A stretch of DNA of 64,000 nt from Alphaproteobacteria bacterium. Its GTDB lineage: Bacteria; Pseudomonadota; Alphaproteobacteria; UBA6615. The notes under the pieces were generated by a model. The model was not told the DNA's origin. It did no database searches and saw only the letters and a list, made by a program, of their open reading frames with translations. The stretch is taken from NCBI GenBank assembly GCA_965261975.1, contig CBDHEC010000003.1, positions 62,142 through 126,141 on the forward strand. Reading direction: 5' to 3'. Below, one piece after another: positions 19,636 to 30,039 of the stretch (position 1 is its first letter; each line of letters opens with the position of its first letter). The translations under genes were made by a program, and so were the position numbers.

Positions 19636-20049
19636 ATGACCGAACACATCCATCACACCCACCTGTTCTGCGAGAATATCGACGAGACCATCGCCTGGTG
19701 GTGCGACATGCTCGGTGCCGAGGTCGCTTTCGACGGTGAATTCGGTGGGGCGCGAAACGTGTTCGTCCGGCTCGGGTCGGGACGCATTCACCTCTACGAG
19801 CAACCGCCACGCGACACGGGCAAGGGTGCCGTGCATCACATCGGCATCCGCACCGACGATCTCGAAAGCCTCGAGGCACGGCTGCGGGCCAACGGCATCG
19901 CGTTCCGCAGCGATATCCGCGACTTCGGCGCCTGGAAATACATCATGTGTCCGGCCCCCGACGGGGTGCTCCTCGAACTGTTTCAGGCCGACCCCGACAA
20001 GCTCGACGGGGACGCCGCCAAATATTTCAGCGACTGGCTCGAAGACTGA
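19636..20049 (+). CDS. VOC/glyoxalase family protein
   Basis: IHHTHL, HLYE, VHHIGIRTDDL, PDGVLLELF metal-ligand pattern; divergent from the HLD pair. Confidence 0.85.
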   Translation: MTEHIHHTHLFCENIDETIAWWCDMLGAEVAFDGEFGGARNVFVRLGSGRIHLYEQPPRDTGKGAVHHIGIRTDDLESLEARLRANGIAFRSDIRDFGAWKYIMCPAPDGVLLELFQADPDKLDGDAAKYFSDWLED

Positions 20050-20057
20050 CCGCACAC

Positions 20058-21257
20058 ATGTCAGCCCCCTCACCCGACGAACGCATACCGCCGATATTCT
20101 TTCTTGGTTTTCTCGCCGCGATCGGCCCGCTGGCCCTGAGCATCCATGTTCAGTCGATCCCCGCGATCTCTGCGGCGTTCGGCACTCCATATGCCCAATC
20201 GCAACTCACCGTTTCCGCGTTCCTGCTCAGTTTTGCGACCTCGCAGCTGATCGTCGGACCACTATCGGATCGTTTCGGCCGCAAGCCGGTTCTGTATGGC
20301 GGTTTGTTGTTGTTCGGCCTGGCCAGCGCGGGGGCCGCCATGGCGAACAGCATTGAATTGCTGATTTTCGCACGGGTGCTCCAGGGCGCGGGCGGCTGTG
20401 CCACCCTGGTCGTGCCCCGGGCCGTGGTCCAGGACACCCATCGCGGGGTAGAGGCCGCACGGGTCATGGCGTTCGTTGCCATGCTGCAGTCGACCGCGCC
20501 GTCGATCGCACCTGTGTTGGGTGGCGGCATTGACGCCCTGATAGACTGGCGCGGGATCTTCTGGTTCCTGACCATCTTGTCCGCACTGGCCGCGCTCGGC
20601 GCGAGCTTCTGGCTACGCGAAACCCGCCCCCTCACGGGCGGCCATCCGGACCGGTGGGGCACCATATTCCTGCGCTATGCGCATTTGTTCCGGTCGCGCC
20701 TGTATATCGGCTACACGATCGCCTTCACCTTCGGCACTTCGGGGTTCTTCGGCTTTCTCGCCGTCGGCCCGGCATTGCTGATCGAAACGCGCGGGCTCGA
20801 CCCGATCTGGTTCAGCGTCTGCCTGACCCTGGTCACCACCCAGTTCGTACTCGGCAACTACACGGCCAGCCGCCTGGTGCGCCGCTTCGGCATCGACCGG
20901 GTGCTTGTCGCCGGCGTAATCGGCGAACTCGTCGCCAGCTTCATGCTTTTCGGTCTCGCGGGAAACGCAGCGATTGCGGCGGTCGTGGCACCGGTCATGC
21001 TCTATTCCTATTTCAACGGCTACATCTTCGCCAACGGGATCGCCGGCGCAACGGGCGTCGATCCCCGCGTTGCGGGCTCCGCCTCGTCATTTCTGGGGTT
21101 CGCCCAGCTTGGCACCGGCGCCGTCATCGCCTTCGTGATGACCCGCCTGCCGTTGGACACGATCATTCCGTATGCGATCGCATTGCTGCTTGTAAGTGCG
21201 CTGGCCGGCGCGGGCATGCTGTTGGTCCGTACAGTCGAACGGCCCGGCGGGCCATAA
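20058..21257 (+). CDS. Bcr/CflA family MFS efflux transporter
   Basis: GPLSDRFGRKPV motif A, ARVLQGAGG, APVLGG, WRGIF, LRET; about 12 TM segments. Confidence 0.88.
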   Translation: MSAPSPDERIPPIFFLGFLAAIGPLALSIHVQSIPAISAAFGTPYAQSQLTVSAFLLSFATSQLIVGPLSDRFGRKPVLYGGLLLFGLASAGAAMANSIELLIFARVLQGAGGCATLVVPRAVVQDTHRGVEAARVMAFVAMLQSTAPSIAPVLGGGIDALIDWRGIFWFLTILSALAALGASFWLRETRPLTGGHPDRWGTIFLRYAHLFRSRLYIGYTIAFTFGTSGFFGFLAVGPALLIETRGLDPIWFSVCLTLVTTQFVLGNYTASRLVRRFGIDRVLVAGVIGELVASFMLFGLAGNAAIAAVVAPVMLYSYFNGYIFANGIAGATGVDPRVAGSASSFLGFAQLGTGAVIAFVMTRLPLDTIIPYAIALLLVSALAGAGMLLVRTVERPGGP

Positions 21258-21264
21258 ACGAACA

Positions 21265-21291
21265 AGGCCCGCAACAACGCGTTGCGGGCCT
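21265..21291. terminator. Hairpin between convergent MFS and glcB genes (likely bidirectional terminator)
   Basis: AGGCCCGCAAC-aacgc-GTTGCGGGCCT, an 11-bp perfect stem. Confidence 0.65.
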
Positions 21292-21328
21292 CCTGATCAT
21301 GGTCTGCGGCCGGGGCCGCATGACGCGC

Positions 21329-23503
21329 CTAGCTGCCGAACTTGGCCTTCGCCTCGATGCGGCGGGCATGCAGAATGGGCTCGGTATAGCCGTTCGGCTG
21401 GGCCAGGCCCTTGAACACCAGGTCACAGGCCGCCTGGAAGGCGATCGATCCGTCGAAATCGGCCGCCATCGGTCGATACAGCGGATCACCGGCATTCTGC
21501 TCGTCGACCACGCCGGCCATGCGCTTCATGGTCTCCATGACCTGATCTTCCGAGGCGATGCCGTGATGCATCCAGTTGGCGATATGCTGACTTGAGATTC
21601 GCAGGGTGGCGCGGTCTTCCATCAGTCCCACATCGTTGATGTCGGGCACCTTGGAGCAGCCCACGCCCTGATCGATCCAGCGCACGACGTAGCCCAGGAT
21701 GCCCTGGGCGTTGTTGTCGAGCTCGGCCTGGATATCGGCCTCGGGCCAGTTGGGGCGGTCGGTGACCGGGATGGTCAGGATGTTGTCGAGGCTCGCCCGG
21801 CCGCGGGACTTGAGCTCCGCCTGGCGGGCGCTCACATCGACCTCGTGATAATGGAGCGCGTGCAGGGTGCCGGCCGTCGGCGACGGTACCCAGGCTGTGT
21901 TCGCGCCGGCGGTCGGGTGGCCGACCTTCTGTTCCATCATCAGCGCCATCAGGTCCGGCATAGCCCACATGCCCTTGCCGATCTGGGCGTGGCCCGGCAG
22001 GCCGCATTCGAGGCCGATATCGACGTTCCAGTCCTCGTAGGACTGGATCCACGGGGCGGCCTTCATGTCGCCCTTGCGGATCATCACGCCGGCCTCCATC
22101 GAGGTGTGCATCTCGTCGCCGGTCCGATCCAGGAACCCGGTGTTGATGAAGAACACGCGGTTCTTCGCCGCCCGGATGCATTCCTTGAGGTTCACCGTGG
22201 TGCGGCGCTCCTCATCCATGATCCCCATCTTGATGGTGTAGCGCTCGAGGCCGAGCGCATCCTCGACCTGGCCGAACAGCTCGTCGGAGAAGGCGACCTC
22301 TTCGGGCCCGTGCATCTTCGGCTTCACGATGTAGATCGATCCCGCACGGCTGTTGGCGTGGACGCCCTTGCCCTGCAGGTCGTGCATCGCGATCAGCGCA
22401 GAGAAGATGCCGTCGAGAATACCCTCATAGGCCGGGTTGCCGTCCTTGTCGGTCACCATGCCGATGGTCATCAGGTGGCCGACGTTGCGGACCAGCATCA
22501 GCGAACGCCCGTGCAGGGTAAGCTCGCTGCCGTCCGGGGCCGAGTAGGTCCGGTCCCCTTCCATGGCGCGCTCGACGGTCTTGCCTCCCTTTTCGAACGA
22601 CGCCGTCAGGGTACCCTTGTTGAGGCCGAGCCAGTTCGAATAGGCGACGACCTTGTCCTCGGCATCGACGGTGGCCACGGAATCCTCGTAATCCATGATC
22701 GTGGTCATGGCGGCTTCGAGCACCAGATCGGCCACACCCGCGGCATCGTCCTTGCCGATGGGATGGTCGCGGTCGATCACGATCTCCAGGTGCAGGCCGT
22801 TATGGGCGAGCAGAATGGCACTGGGTGCGCCGGCATCGCCGCGATAGCCGACAAACTGTGCCGGATCGGCCAGCCCGGTCGAACCCGATCCTGTGGCGAC
22901 GGCCAGCGCGCCGCCCTCGACGGTGTAACCGGTTGCATCGGTGTGAGAGCCCGAGGCGAGCGGTGCCGCGGAATCAAGAACGTCGCGGGCGTAAGCGATG
23001 ACCTTGGCGCCGCGGGTCGGGTTGTAACCCTTGCCGAGCTCGGCCCCGCCATCCTCGGAAATCACATCCGTGCCGTAGAGCGCATCATACAGGCTGCCCC
23101 AGCGGGCATTTGCCGCGTTCAGCGCGTAGCGGGCGTTGGTGATCGGCACCACCAGCTGGGCGCCGGCGATCGTCGCAATCTCCGGGTCCACATTTGCGGT
23201 CTCGACCCCGAACGCGTCACCCTCGGGCACCAGATAGCCGATCTCCTTCAGGAAGGCCTGATAGGCGGCAGGGTCGAACTCGGAATCGCGATTATCCTTG
23301 TGCCAGGCGTCCAGCTTTGCCTGCAGATCATCGCGCTTGGCGAGGAGTTCGGCATTGCGCGGCCCCAACCCGTTCACCAGGGAATCAACCGAAGCCCAGA
23401 AATGATCCTGATCAACGCCCGTTCCCGGCAAGGCCTCGTCGTTGATGAAGTTGTAGAGTTCCGCGGCAACCTTGATGTCGCCCGTCTGGATCATGTCGCT
23501 CAT
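21329..23503 (-). CDS. glcB: Malate synthase G
   Basis: [82 protein letters not shown]. Confidence 0.96.
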   Translation of the reverse strand: MSDMIQTGDIKVAAELYNFINDEALPGTGVDQDHFWASVDSLVNGLGPRNAELLAKRDDLQAKLDAWHKDNRDSEFDPAAYQAFLKEIGYLVPEGDAFGVETANVDPEIATIAGAQLVVPITNARYALNAANARWGSLYDALYGTDVISEDGGAELGKGYNPTRGAKVIAYARDVLDSAAPLASGSHTDATGYTVEGGALAVATGSGSTGLADPAQFVGYRGDAGAPSAILLAHNGLHLEIVIDRDHPIGKDDAAGVADLVLEAAMTTIMDYEDSVATVDAEDKVVAYSNWLGLNKGTLTASFEKGGKTVERAMEGDRTYSAPDGSELTLHGRSLMLVRNVGHLMTIGMVTDKDGNPAYEGILDGIFSALIAMHDLQGKGVHANSRAGSIYIVKPKMHGPEEVAFSDELFGQVEDALGLERYTIKMGIMDEERRTTVNLKECIRAAKNRVFFINTGFLDRTGDEMHTSMEAGVMIRKGDMKAAPWIQSYEDWNVDIGLECGLPGHAQIGKGMWAMPDLMALMMEQKVGHPTAGANTAWVPSPTAGTLHALHYHEVDVSARQAELKSRGRASLDNILTIPVTDRPNWPEADIQAELDNNAQGILGYVVRWIDQGVGCSKVPDINDVGLMEDRATLRISSQHIANWMHHGIASEDQVMETMKRMAGVVDEQNAGDPLYRPMAADFDGSIAFQAACDLVFKGLAQPNGYTEPILHARRIEAKAKFGS

Positions 23504-23697
23504 GATTCTCGCCCCTGTGAGGTATCTTTTGTTGAATGTGCTGATTGTCCGCCCCCGAAAGGGACGATGCATCTGATACGCCCTAAATAGCACGAAACAG
23601 GGGTACGGATTCGAGTCCCGATCGCGTTCATTCGCTATATTGTCTTTCAAACGGTGCACGAAAATGCGCCGCGCCGACAGCTATCAAGGAAAGAAGC

Positions 23698-24114
23698 ATG
23701 ATTACCAAGGGCATCAAGGAACTCTGCGCCGAGGCCGAGCAGGAGATCGAGACCATGACCGTCGAGCAGGTGATGGCCGTTCGGGATGACGAGGATGTGG
23801 TCCTTGTCGATATCCGCGATGTTCGCGAACTCTGGCGTGACGGCACGATTCCCGGCGCCGAACATATGCCCCGCGGCATGCTCGAATTCTGGGTCGACCC
23901 GGAAAGCCCCTACCATCGCGAACTCTTCACCACAGGCAAGAAGTTCATCTTCTACTGCGCGGGCGGGCTGCGCTCCGCGCTGGCGGCGAAGGCCGTGCAT
24001 GATATGGGCCTCGCGCCCGTCGCCCATATGCGCGGCGGCTACGGCGCCTGGGTCAAGGCGGAAGGCCCGACCGAAGAAAAAGAGGTCAAGATTCCCCAGA
24101 AGAAGGCCGACTAG
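23698..24114 (+). CDS. Single-domain rhodanese-like protein
   Basis: LVDIRD, IPGA, FYCAGGLRSA, MRGGYGAW. Confidence 0.88.
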   Translation: MITKGIKELCAEAEQEIETMTVEQVMAVRDDEDVVLVDIRDVRELWRDGTIPGAEHMPRGMLEFWVDPESPYHRELFTTGKKFIFYCAGGLRSALAAKAVHDMGLAPVAHMRGGYGAWVKAEGPTEEKEVKIPQKKAD

Positions 24115-24872
24115 GCTTTCGCATTCTCTCGCAACTCGGGATACACATCGCCCAACCGGGACCCCGGATAGAACGCCGTCACGAATGACGGGCGGGCGCG
24201 AACACGCGCCAGCCAGTCGGTGACGGCGGGGGCATCCTCCCACATATCCGACAGGCTCAGTTCGTCCATCCGCTCGAACAAAGGTGCCAGGCAGATATCT
24301 GCGATCGTGAATTGCGCACCGATCAGCCACGGGCCCTCGCGGGTCAGGGCTTCTTCCATGCGCTCGACCGTCGCGCGCAGCTGCAGCAAGGAGTTCTCAT
24401 ACTCGTCATCGCTGAAGCCGGTTTGGTTCATGCGCATGAAGAAATCGCGGCGCAATGTATTTGAATCCCTGAACGCCGCATATTCTTCCTCGCTCATCTC
24501 CTTGAACCGGTCGAGGAATACGTTCTGGAAGGACGGCACCCGCACGGCCATCGACGGCACCTCGTCGATGAAACGCAGCCAGGCACGCATCTCGGCACGT
24601 TTCTTGGGGTCATCCGGAGATAGTTTCGGCTCATTCGGCCAAACCTCATCCAGATACTCACACATCACCGTGGACTCGATGATCGGCGTGCCGTCATGCA
24701 CGAAAGCGGGCACCACGCCATTGGGGTTGATGGCCATGTATTCCGGCGCCAGGTTCCCGCGGGTTGAGAAATCAACCGGGCGGCTGACCCATTCGACACC
24801 CTTCTCGGCCAGACAGATACGCACCTTCTGGCTGCAGGTCGAATGGGCCGCGTGATAGAGCTCAAGCGCCAT
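24111..24872 (-). CDS. Glutathione S-transferase (SxCSQKVR type)
   Basis: STCSQKVR, NPNGVVP, IESTVMCEYLDE, WLIGAQFTIAD. Confidence 0.88.
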   Translation of the reverse strand: MALELYHAAHSTCSQKVRICLAEKGVEWVSRPVDFSTRGNLAPEYMAINPNGVVPAFVHDGTPIIESTVMCEYLDEVWPNEPKLSPDDPKKRAEMRAWLRFIDEVPSMAVRVPSFQNVFLDRFKEMSEEEYAAFRDSNTLRRDFFMRMNQTGFSDDEYENSLLQLRATVERMEEALTREGPWLIGAQFTIADICLAPLFERMDELSLSDMWEDAPAVTDWLARVRARPSFVTAFYPGSRLGDVYPELRENAKA

Positions 24873-24883
24873 GGTTGCGGTTC

Positions 24884-25915
24884 CTATTCAGCGGCTTTGG
24901 CCGACGCATCATCGTCGGCGAAGGCCGGGATAATCTCCTTCGAGAAGGTACGCAGACCCTCGATGCCAGAGCCGCCGTCGGAGAAGAGCATGTATTTAAC
25001 GCCGGCCTCCTGGAACTTCTCAATCTTCGCCACGATCTCGTCGACCGTCCCAAAGAACGCGGCTTCCGCCGTCGTCTGGTTACTGTCGTCGTAAGACATG
25101 ATCGTCGCCTTGTTGGTGCCGTCGGGATTCTGGGCGAGGTTGTCGACCCTGCGTCGCGCCTGAATTCGGCGCTCGATCGCGGCATCGCGGTCTGCCGCAT
25201 CCTTGGCAACATAAAGTCCGCGCGCGACCCCGACTTCGTTCGCATCGAACGTGCGACCACGCGCCTCAACCGCATCGCGGAAATTATTGACCCGCTCGAC
25301 CGTCGTGTCGGTGGATGCAAACTGGTCGACCAGTAAATTGTAGCCACGCTCCGCGACCATCTCGATCGACTTGGGACTCCCGGCCCCCATCCAGAACGGC
25401 GGATGCGGCTTCTGCGCCGTCGGCGGCTCGACGATGACATCCTCGAAGGACCAGAAATCACCCTCATAGGTCCAGGGCTCGTCCTCGGTGAAGGATTTCG
25501 TGAGTATCTTGAGTGATTCCTCGAAACGCGCCTCGGCATCCTCCATGGGGATCCGGAAACCCTTGAACTCGTTGAAGCGGTACCCCTTGCCGACACCGAA
25601 ATCGAAACGCCCGCCGGACAGAAGATCCAGCGTCGCGACCTGCTCGGCGAGCAATACCGGGTTGTGCCACGGCAGCACCATGACGGCGGTCCCAAGGCGG
25701 ATCGTCGATGTGCGGGCCGCCAGATAGGTCAGCAGATTGACGGTCGCCGAGACCTGCCCGAAGCCGGTGAAGTGATGCTCCACGGCGAAGGTTGAGTGAA
25801 AGCCAAGCTGCTCGGCCTCGACATTGAAATCGAGCCAATCGTTGTACCCCTTGGCGCTGTCCACATCGGGCCCGCCGCGTTTCGCCTGGGCGCTGCCAAA
25901 AAGACCGAACTTCAT
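24884..25915 (-). CDS. LLM-class (bacterial luciferase-like) flavin-dependent oxidoreductase
   Basis: MKFGLF, VEHHFTG, IRLGTAVMVLPWHNP..LAEQVATLDLLSGGRFDFGVGKGY, QKPHPPFW. Confidence 0.9.
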   Translation of the reverse strand: MKFGLFGSAQAKRGGPDVDSAKGYNDWLDFNVEAEQLGFHSTFAVEHHFTGFGQVSATVNLLTYLAARTSTIRLGTAVMVLPWHNPVLLAEQVATLDLLSGGRFDFGVGKGYRFNEFKGFRIPMEDAEARFEESLKILTKSFTEDEPWTYEGDFWSFEDVIVEPPTAQKPHPPFWMGAGSPKSIEMVAERGYNLLVDQFASTDTTVERVNNFRDAVEARGRTFDANEVGVARGLYVAKDAADRDAAIERRIQARRRVDNLAQNPDGTNKATIMSYDDSNQTTAEAAFFGTVDEIVAKIEKFQEAGVKYMLFSDGGSGIEGLRTFSKEIIPAFADDDASAKAAE

Positions 25916-25934
25916 ACCGTTTCTCCGTTTATTC

Positions 25935-25952
25935 GCATGCTAACTAGCATGC
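25935..25952. promoter_or_regulatory. Palindromic operator candidate in divergent LLM/Gfo promoter
   Basis: GCATGCTA-ac-TAGCATGC, 8-bp inverted repeat. Confidence 0.45.
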
Positions 25953-26069
25953 CGAAATTCATACTAAACTGGTGAAAGGCCGCCGTCTCAAGGTATGAGC
26001 GAATTGACGGCCCAAAGAACTGTCACGCCGAACGCGCGCGAAGATAAGAAAAATACCCGGGGGAAAATT

Positions 26070-27026
26070 ATGTTGAACGTTGCGTTGGTCGGGCTCGGTT
26101 GGTGGGGGCAAACCCATATTCGCGCGCTTGGAAATAGTGAGAAGGTTCGTATTGATACGGTCGTGGACCTGGATTCGGATCTCTCGAAAAAGACAGCAGC
26201 GGAAATCGGTGCGCGTACCGCGCCCAGCTTCGACGCCGTTCTGACCGACGACGCCATCGACGCGGTGATTCTGGTGACACCCCATTCACTGCACACCGAC
26301 CAGATTGTTGCCGGAGCTGCAGCGGGAAAACACATCTTCACCGAGAAACCCTTCGCGCTGTCGAAGTCCGAGGCGGAACGCGCGGTCTCGGCCGCCGAGG
26401 CCGCAGGCATCATGCTCGGACTGGGCCACAACCAGCGCTACGGCGCGCCCCAGACCGTGATCAAGTCCATGATAGACGCCGGTGAGTTGGGCGAGGTAAT
26501 GCATATGGAGGGCAACACCTCCCATGACACCCTGTCGGGCGAACATGCGTGGCGCCATGACGTGAAGCAGGCACCCGGCGGCGGCCTCTGGCACATGGGC
26601 AGCCATTATCTCGACCTGTTCCAGCACTATGCCGGGCCGATTTCAGAGGTCTATGCCCAGGCCCTCGACCGGATCATTCCCCGCGATACAGCGTCCGCCC
26701 TCCTCACCTTCGAATGCGGTGCATCGGCCTATATCGGCAATGTCATGGTCACGCGCGACAACCGGATGGGCAACGTGCTCGGCTCCAAAGGGTGGGCAAA
26801 GATGACAAGCCCGACGAGCGTGCAAATCGCCATGCGCGGGGGTGATCCCAAGACCATGGAACTGGACCCTGTCGACCCCGTTCGCGCCAATGTGGAGGGG
26901 TTCGCAGACGCCATCGCCGGGACCGGCACCTACAAGTTCACCAACCAGCAGATGATCCACGACGTGGCCGCGCTCGACGCGATGGCCCTGTCGATCAAAT
27001 CGGGAAAACGTGAACCGGTCGCGTGA
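26070..27026 (+). CDS. Gfo/Idh/MocA oxidoreductase, paralog 1
   Basis: VALVGLGWWG, TPHSLH, GKHIFTEKPF, GHNQRY, GGGLWHMGSHYLD. Confidence 0.9.
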   Translation: MLNVALVGLGWWGQTHIRALGNSEKVRIDTVVDLDSDLSKKTAAEIGARTAPSFDAVLTDDAIDAVILVTPHSLHTDQIVAGAAAGKHIFTEKPFALSKSEAERAVSAAEAAGIMLGLGHNQRYGAPQTVIKSMIDAGELGEVMHMEGNTSHDTLSGEHAWRHDVKQAPGGGLWHMGSHYLDLFQHYAGPISEVYAQALDRIIPRDTASALLTFECGASAYIGNVMVTRDNRMGNVLGSKGWAKMTSPTSVQIAMRGGDPKTMELDPVDPVRANVEGFADAIAGTGTYKFTNQQMIHDVAALDAMALSIKSGKREPVA

Positions 27027-27066
27027 AGGCGCTACGGTTCCAGAAGATAAACGTAAGGAAAGAAAC

Positions 27067-28062
27067 ATGATCAATGCAGCGATTGTCGGGCTGGGCTGGT
27101 GGGGCCAGAACCATGTCACCGCCGCCAATGGTTCCGACAAAATACGCTACAGCCGCGCCGTCGACCTGGTGCCCGAAAATGTCCAGGGGTTCTGCGATAC
27201 CCATGAGCTGAAACTGACGGCCAACTACGAAGACGCGCTGAACGATCCCGACATCGATGCGGTCGTGCTCGTCACACCGCATACACAGCACACCGACCAG
27301 ATCGTGGCCGGTGCGGCGGCCGGCAAGCATGTCCTTACCGAGAAACCGTTTGCGCTCGAGAAATCCGAAGGCGAGCGCGCCGCAAAGGCGATGAAGGACG
27401 CCGGGCTCACCCTGGGGATCGGCCACAACTACCGCTACGGACCCGCCGTGCAGGAGATCAAGCGGATCATTGATTCCGGTGATCTCGGCGAGATCCACCA
27501 CATCGAGGCCAATCTCAGCCATCAGGGCCAGATCGGCATCGAGGGCTGGCGCCGCGCGAACAAGGAGGCGCCGACCGGTGGGATCGTCCATTTCGGTGCG
27601 CATATGATCGACATCATGTGCTGGTATGGCGGCCCGATGCGCGAAGTCTACGGCCAGCTCACCTCCCACATCATGGAGAATGATTGCGGATCGGTACTGG
27701 TGAAGTTCGAGAACGGCATCACCACCGGCTATCTCGCGAACCTCATGACCACACCGTCGACCATGCACCTGCATGTCATGGGCTCCAAGGGCTGGGCCCG
27801 GGCCAATGGCTGGATGGACACGACGAAGGTCACCACCTGTTTCGGGGCGGGTGCCGTCGAGGACGGTGGTGGCTCTGTAAACGAGATCGAACTGCCGGCG
27901 CGCGACATCATCACCCAGATTCGCGCCAACGACGAGAATTTCGCCGCCGCCTGTGAAGGCAAGGAGACGTACCTCTTCACCCCTGACGAGATGGCGCACA
28001 CGGCCGCGATCCACGAAGCGATCGCGAAATCAGCGGCCAGCGGACAACCCACGCAAGTCTGA
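27067..28062 (+). CDS. Gfo/Idh/MocA oxidoreductase, paralog 2
   Basis: AAIVGLGWWG, TPHTQH, GKHVLTEKPF, GHNYRY, GGIVHFGAHMID. Confidence 0.9.
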   Translation: MINAAIVGLGWWGQNHVTAANGSDKIRYSRAVDLVPENVQGFCDTHELKLTANYEDALNDPDIDAVVLVTPHTQHTDQIVAGAAAGKHVLTEKPFALEKSEGERAAKAMKDAGLTLGIGHNYRYGPAVQEIKRIIDSGDLGEIHHIEANLSHQGQIGIEGWRRANKEAPTGGIVHFGAHMIDIMCWYGGPMREVYGQLTSHIMENDCGSVLVKFENGITTGYLANLMTTPSTMHLHVMGSKGWARANGWMDTTKVTTCFGAGAVEDGGGSVNEIELPARDIITQIRANDENFAAACEGKETYLFTPDEMAHTAAIHEAIAKSAASGQPTQV

Positions 28063-28075
28063 GAGAACACACAGC

Positions 28076-28891
28076 ATGATCACGCTCTACCAGTTCGGCA
28101 ATTCGGTTTGTGCCCAGAAGGTGCGGATCACCCTTTTCGAGAAAGGCCTCGAATGGGAGCCGCGGGAGGTCAATCTGTTCAAGAGCGAACAATATTCACC
28201 CGAATATCTGAAGCTGAACCCGAAGGGTGTGGTGCCGACCCTGATCCATGAAGGCCGCCCGATCTGTGAATCCACGCTGATTTGCGAATATCTCGACGAG
28301 GTGTACCCGGACCCGAAGCTCACACCCGATGATCCCTATGACAAAGCCCAGATGCGCATCTGGTCCAAGATGGTCGACGAGGGGCTGCATGAGGGCACGA
28401 CCGAGATCAGCTTCTCTGCGATGTTCCGGGAGAAAATGAAATCCCTGACGCCGGAGGAACGCGAGAAGCGCCTGCACAATATCGGCGACCCCCGACGACG
28501 CATGCGGTTTACATCGACATATGAGGACGGGGTGGACTCACCCTTCGTCCTGCATGCCATCGCGGCCTACGAGAAGGTGTTTAAAACTCTCGAGGAAACG
28601 TTGGGTGACGGTCGTGATTGGATTTTCGGCGATCGGCACACCCTGGCCGACATCAATATCATGCCTTACGCCGCACGGATGATTTACCTGGGCCTGTTCG
28701 ACGTCTGGAACGAAGACAGGCCCCGGGTGCAGGCCTGGTGGGAGCGCGCCAGCGCCCTGCCGAGTTTCCAGGACGGCATCCGCGACCGCCTGAAGCCCCA
28801 GGAATTGTCCGACATGGAGACCTACGGGCCGACCATCCGCGACCGGATGCGCGAGCTACGCGCCGCGCACGTCGCCCAGCTGCTTCACTGA
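28076..28891 (+). CDS. Glutathione S-transferase (SxCAQKVR type)
   Basis: SVCAQKVR, NPKGVVPTL, CESTLICEYLDE, WIFGDRHTLAD. Confidence 0.88.
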   Translation: MITLYQFGNSVCAQKVRITLFEKGLEWEPREVNLFKSEQYSPEYLKLNPKGVVPTLIHEGRPICESTLICEYLDEVYPDPKLTPDDPYDKAQMRIWSKMVDEGLHEGTTEISFSAMFREKMKSLTPEEREKRLHNIGDPRRRMRFTSTYEDGVDSPFVLHAIAAYEKVFKTLEETLGDGRDWIFGDRHTLADINIMPYAARMIYLGLFDVWNEDRPRVQAWWERASALPSFQDGIRDRLKPQELSDMETYGPTIRDRMRELRAAHVAQLLH

Positions 28892-28944
28892 GGCCCGACA
28901 CGCGGCCAGACCACCGTTCATCGTGTGCGGTATAACCTGGTCAT

Positions 28945-28966
28945 ATTTGTAGCTATGGCTACTTTT
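28945..28966. promoter_or_regulatory. MntR box
   Basis: ATTT-GTAGC-TATG-GCTAC-TTTT palindrome resembling the enterobacterial MntR operator core (ATAGC-N4-GCTAT), upstream of a metal ABC operon that ends in mntR. Confidence 0.75.
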
Positions 28967-28985
28967 TAGAACCTTCCTTGAATAT

Positions 28986-29014
28986 TTGACCGTCGGGTTA
29001 TTCCTGCTTACGCT
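28986..29014 (+). promoter_or_regulatory. sigma70-type promoter of the tro/mnt operon
   Basis: TTGACC-N17-TACGCT. Confidence 0.5.
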
Positions 29015-29072
29015 TCGGGCACGGGCGCCTTCAGGGGGCCGTCATTGCCTGGTTGAGAACGAAAAGATTCGC

Positions 29073-30029
29073 ATGAAAAAGAGCTGGAGAAGCCTGTTTT
29101 GCACGGTCCTCGCCGTCGCCTTCATTGCGCTCGCCCACCCGGCCGGCGCGCAGGAGCGGGTTCGTGTCGTGACCACCACCGGCATGATCGCCGACGCCGT
29201 ATCGCGGATCGGGGGCACACTGATCGAGGTAAAGGCGCTGATGGGCCCGGGCGTCGATCCGCATGCCTATCGACAGACACGCACCGATATCGTGGCCATG
29301 GCGAAAGCCGACCTGGTGCTCTGGAACGGTCTCTATCTCGAGGCCCAGCTGGAGGATTTTCTTCTCGAGCTGGCCGGCAGCAACAAGGTCGTCGCCGTGG
29401 CCGAAGCCGTACCGGAGAACCTGTTGATCGGCTCCGAAGACTATGAGAACCGGTTTGACCCGCATCTCTGGATGGACCCGTCCTTGTGGTCGCATGTGAT
29501 CACCAATGTCCGCGATGCGCTGATCGAAGCGCACCCGCCGGGCGAGAAGATATTTCGCGCCAATGCAGATTCTTATCTCGAGCAAGTGCAGAAGCTGACC
29601 GACTACACGACTTCGGCGCTGTCCACGGTCCCGGCCGCAAGTCGCGTGGTCGTCTCATCCCACGATGCGTTCAGCTACTTCGGCAAGGCACACGGGTTCG
29701 ATGTCGTCGGCATACAGGGCATCTCGACCGAGTCCGAGGCGGGCCTTCGGCGCATCGCCGAACTTGTTGATTTGTTGGTCGACCGGAACATCCGGGCCGT
29801 CTTCGTCGAGACCTCGGTATCGGATCGGAACATCCGTGCGTTGATCGAAGGTGCCGCAGCCAAAGGCCATGAGGTCGTCATCGGGGGCGAATTGTATTCC
29901 GACGCCATGGGCGCGCCCGGCACCTATGAGGGCACATATGTCGGGATGATCGACCACAACACGACAACCATCACAAGCGCGCTGGGCGGCCGGGCGCCGG
30001 ATACCGGCATGCAGGGCCTGCTGAACTGA
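29073..30029 (+). CDS. troA: Mn/Zn ABC transporter substrate-binding protein (TroA-like)
   Basis: Signal peptide; [33 protein letters not shown] (His/His/His/Asp ligands). Confidence 0.88.
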   Translation: MKKSWRSLFCTVLAVAFIALAHPAGAQERVRVVTTTGMIADAVSRIGGTLIEVKALMGPGVDPHAYRQTRTDIVAMAKADLVLWNGLYLEAQLEDFLLELAGSNKVVAVAEAVPENLLIGSEDYENRFDPHLWMDPSLWSHVITNVRDALIEAHPPGEKIFRANADSYLEQVQKLTDYTTSALSTVPAASRVVVSSHDAFSYFGKAHGFDVVGIQGISTESEAGLRRIAELVDLLVDRNIRAVFVETSVSDRNIRALIEGAAAKGHEVVIGGELYSDAMGAPGTYEGTYVGMIDHNTTTITSALGGRAPDTGMQGLLN

Positions 30030-30039
30030 GGGATCGCGT

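Noticed and set aside
24884-25915. Bioluminescence (lux) operon suggested by the luciferase-like gene
   Set aside because: A single LLM-family gene with no luxCDE or luxB; LLM enzymes are widespread monooxygenases.
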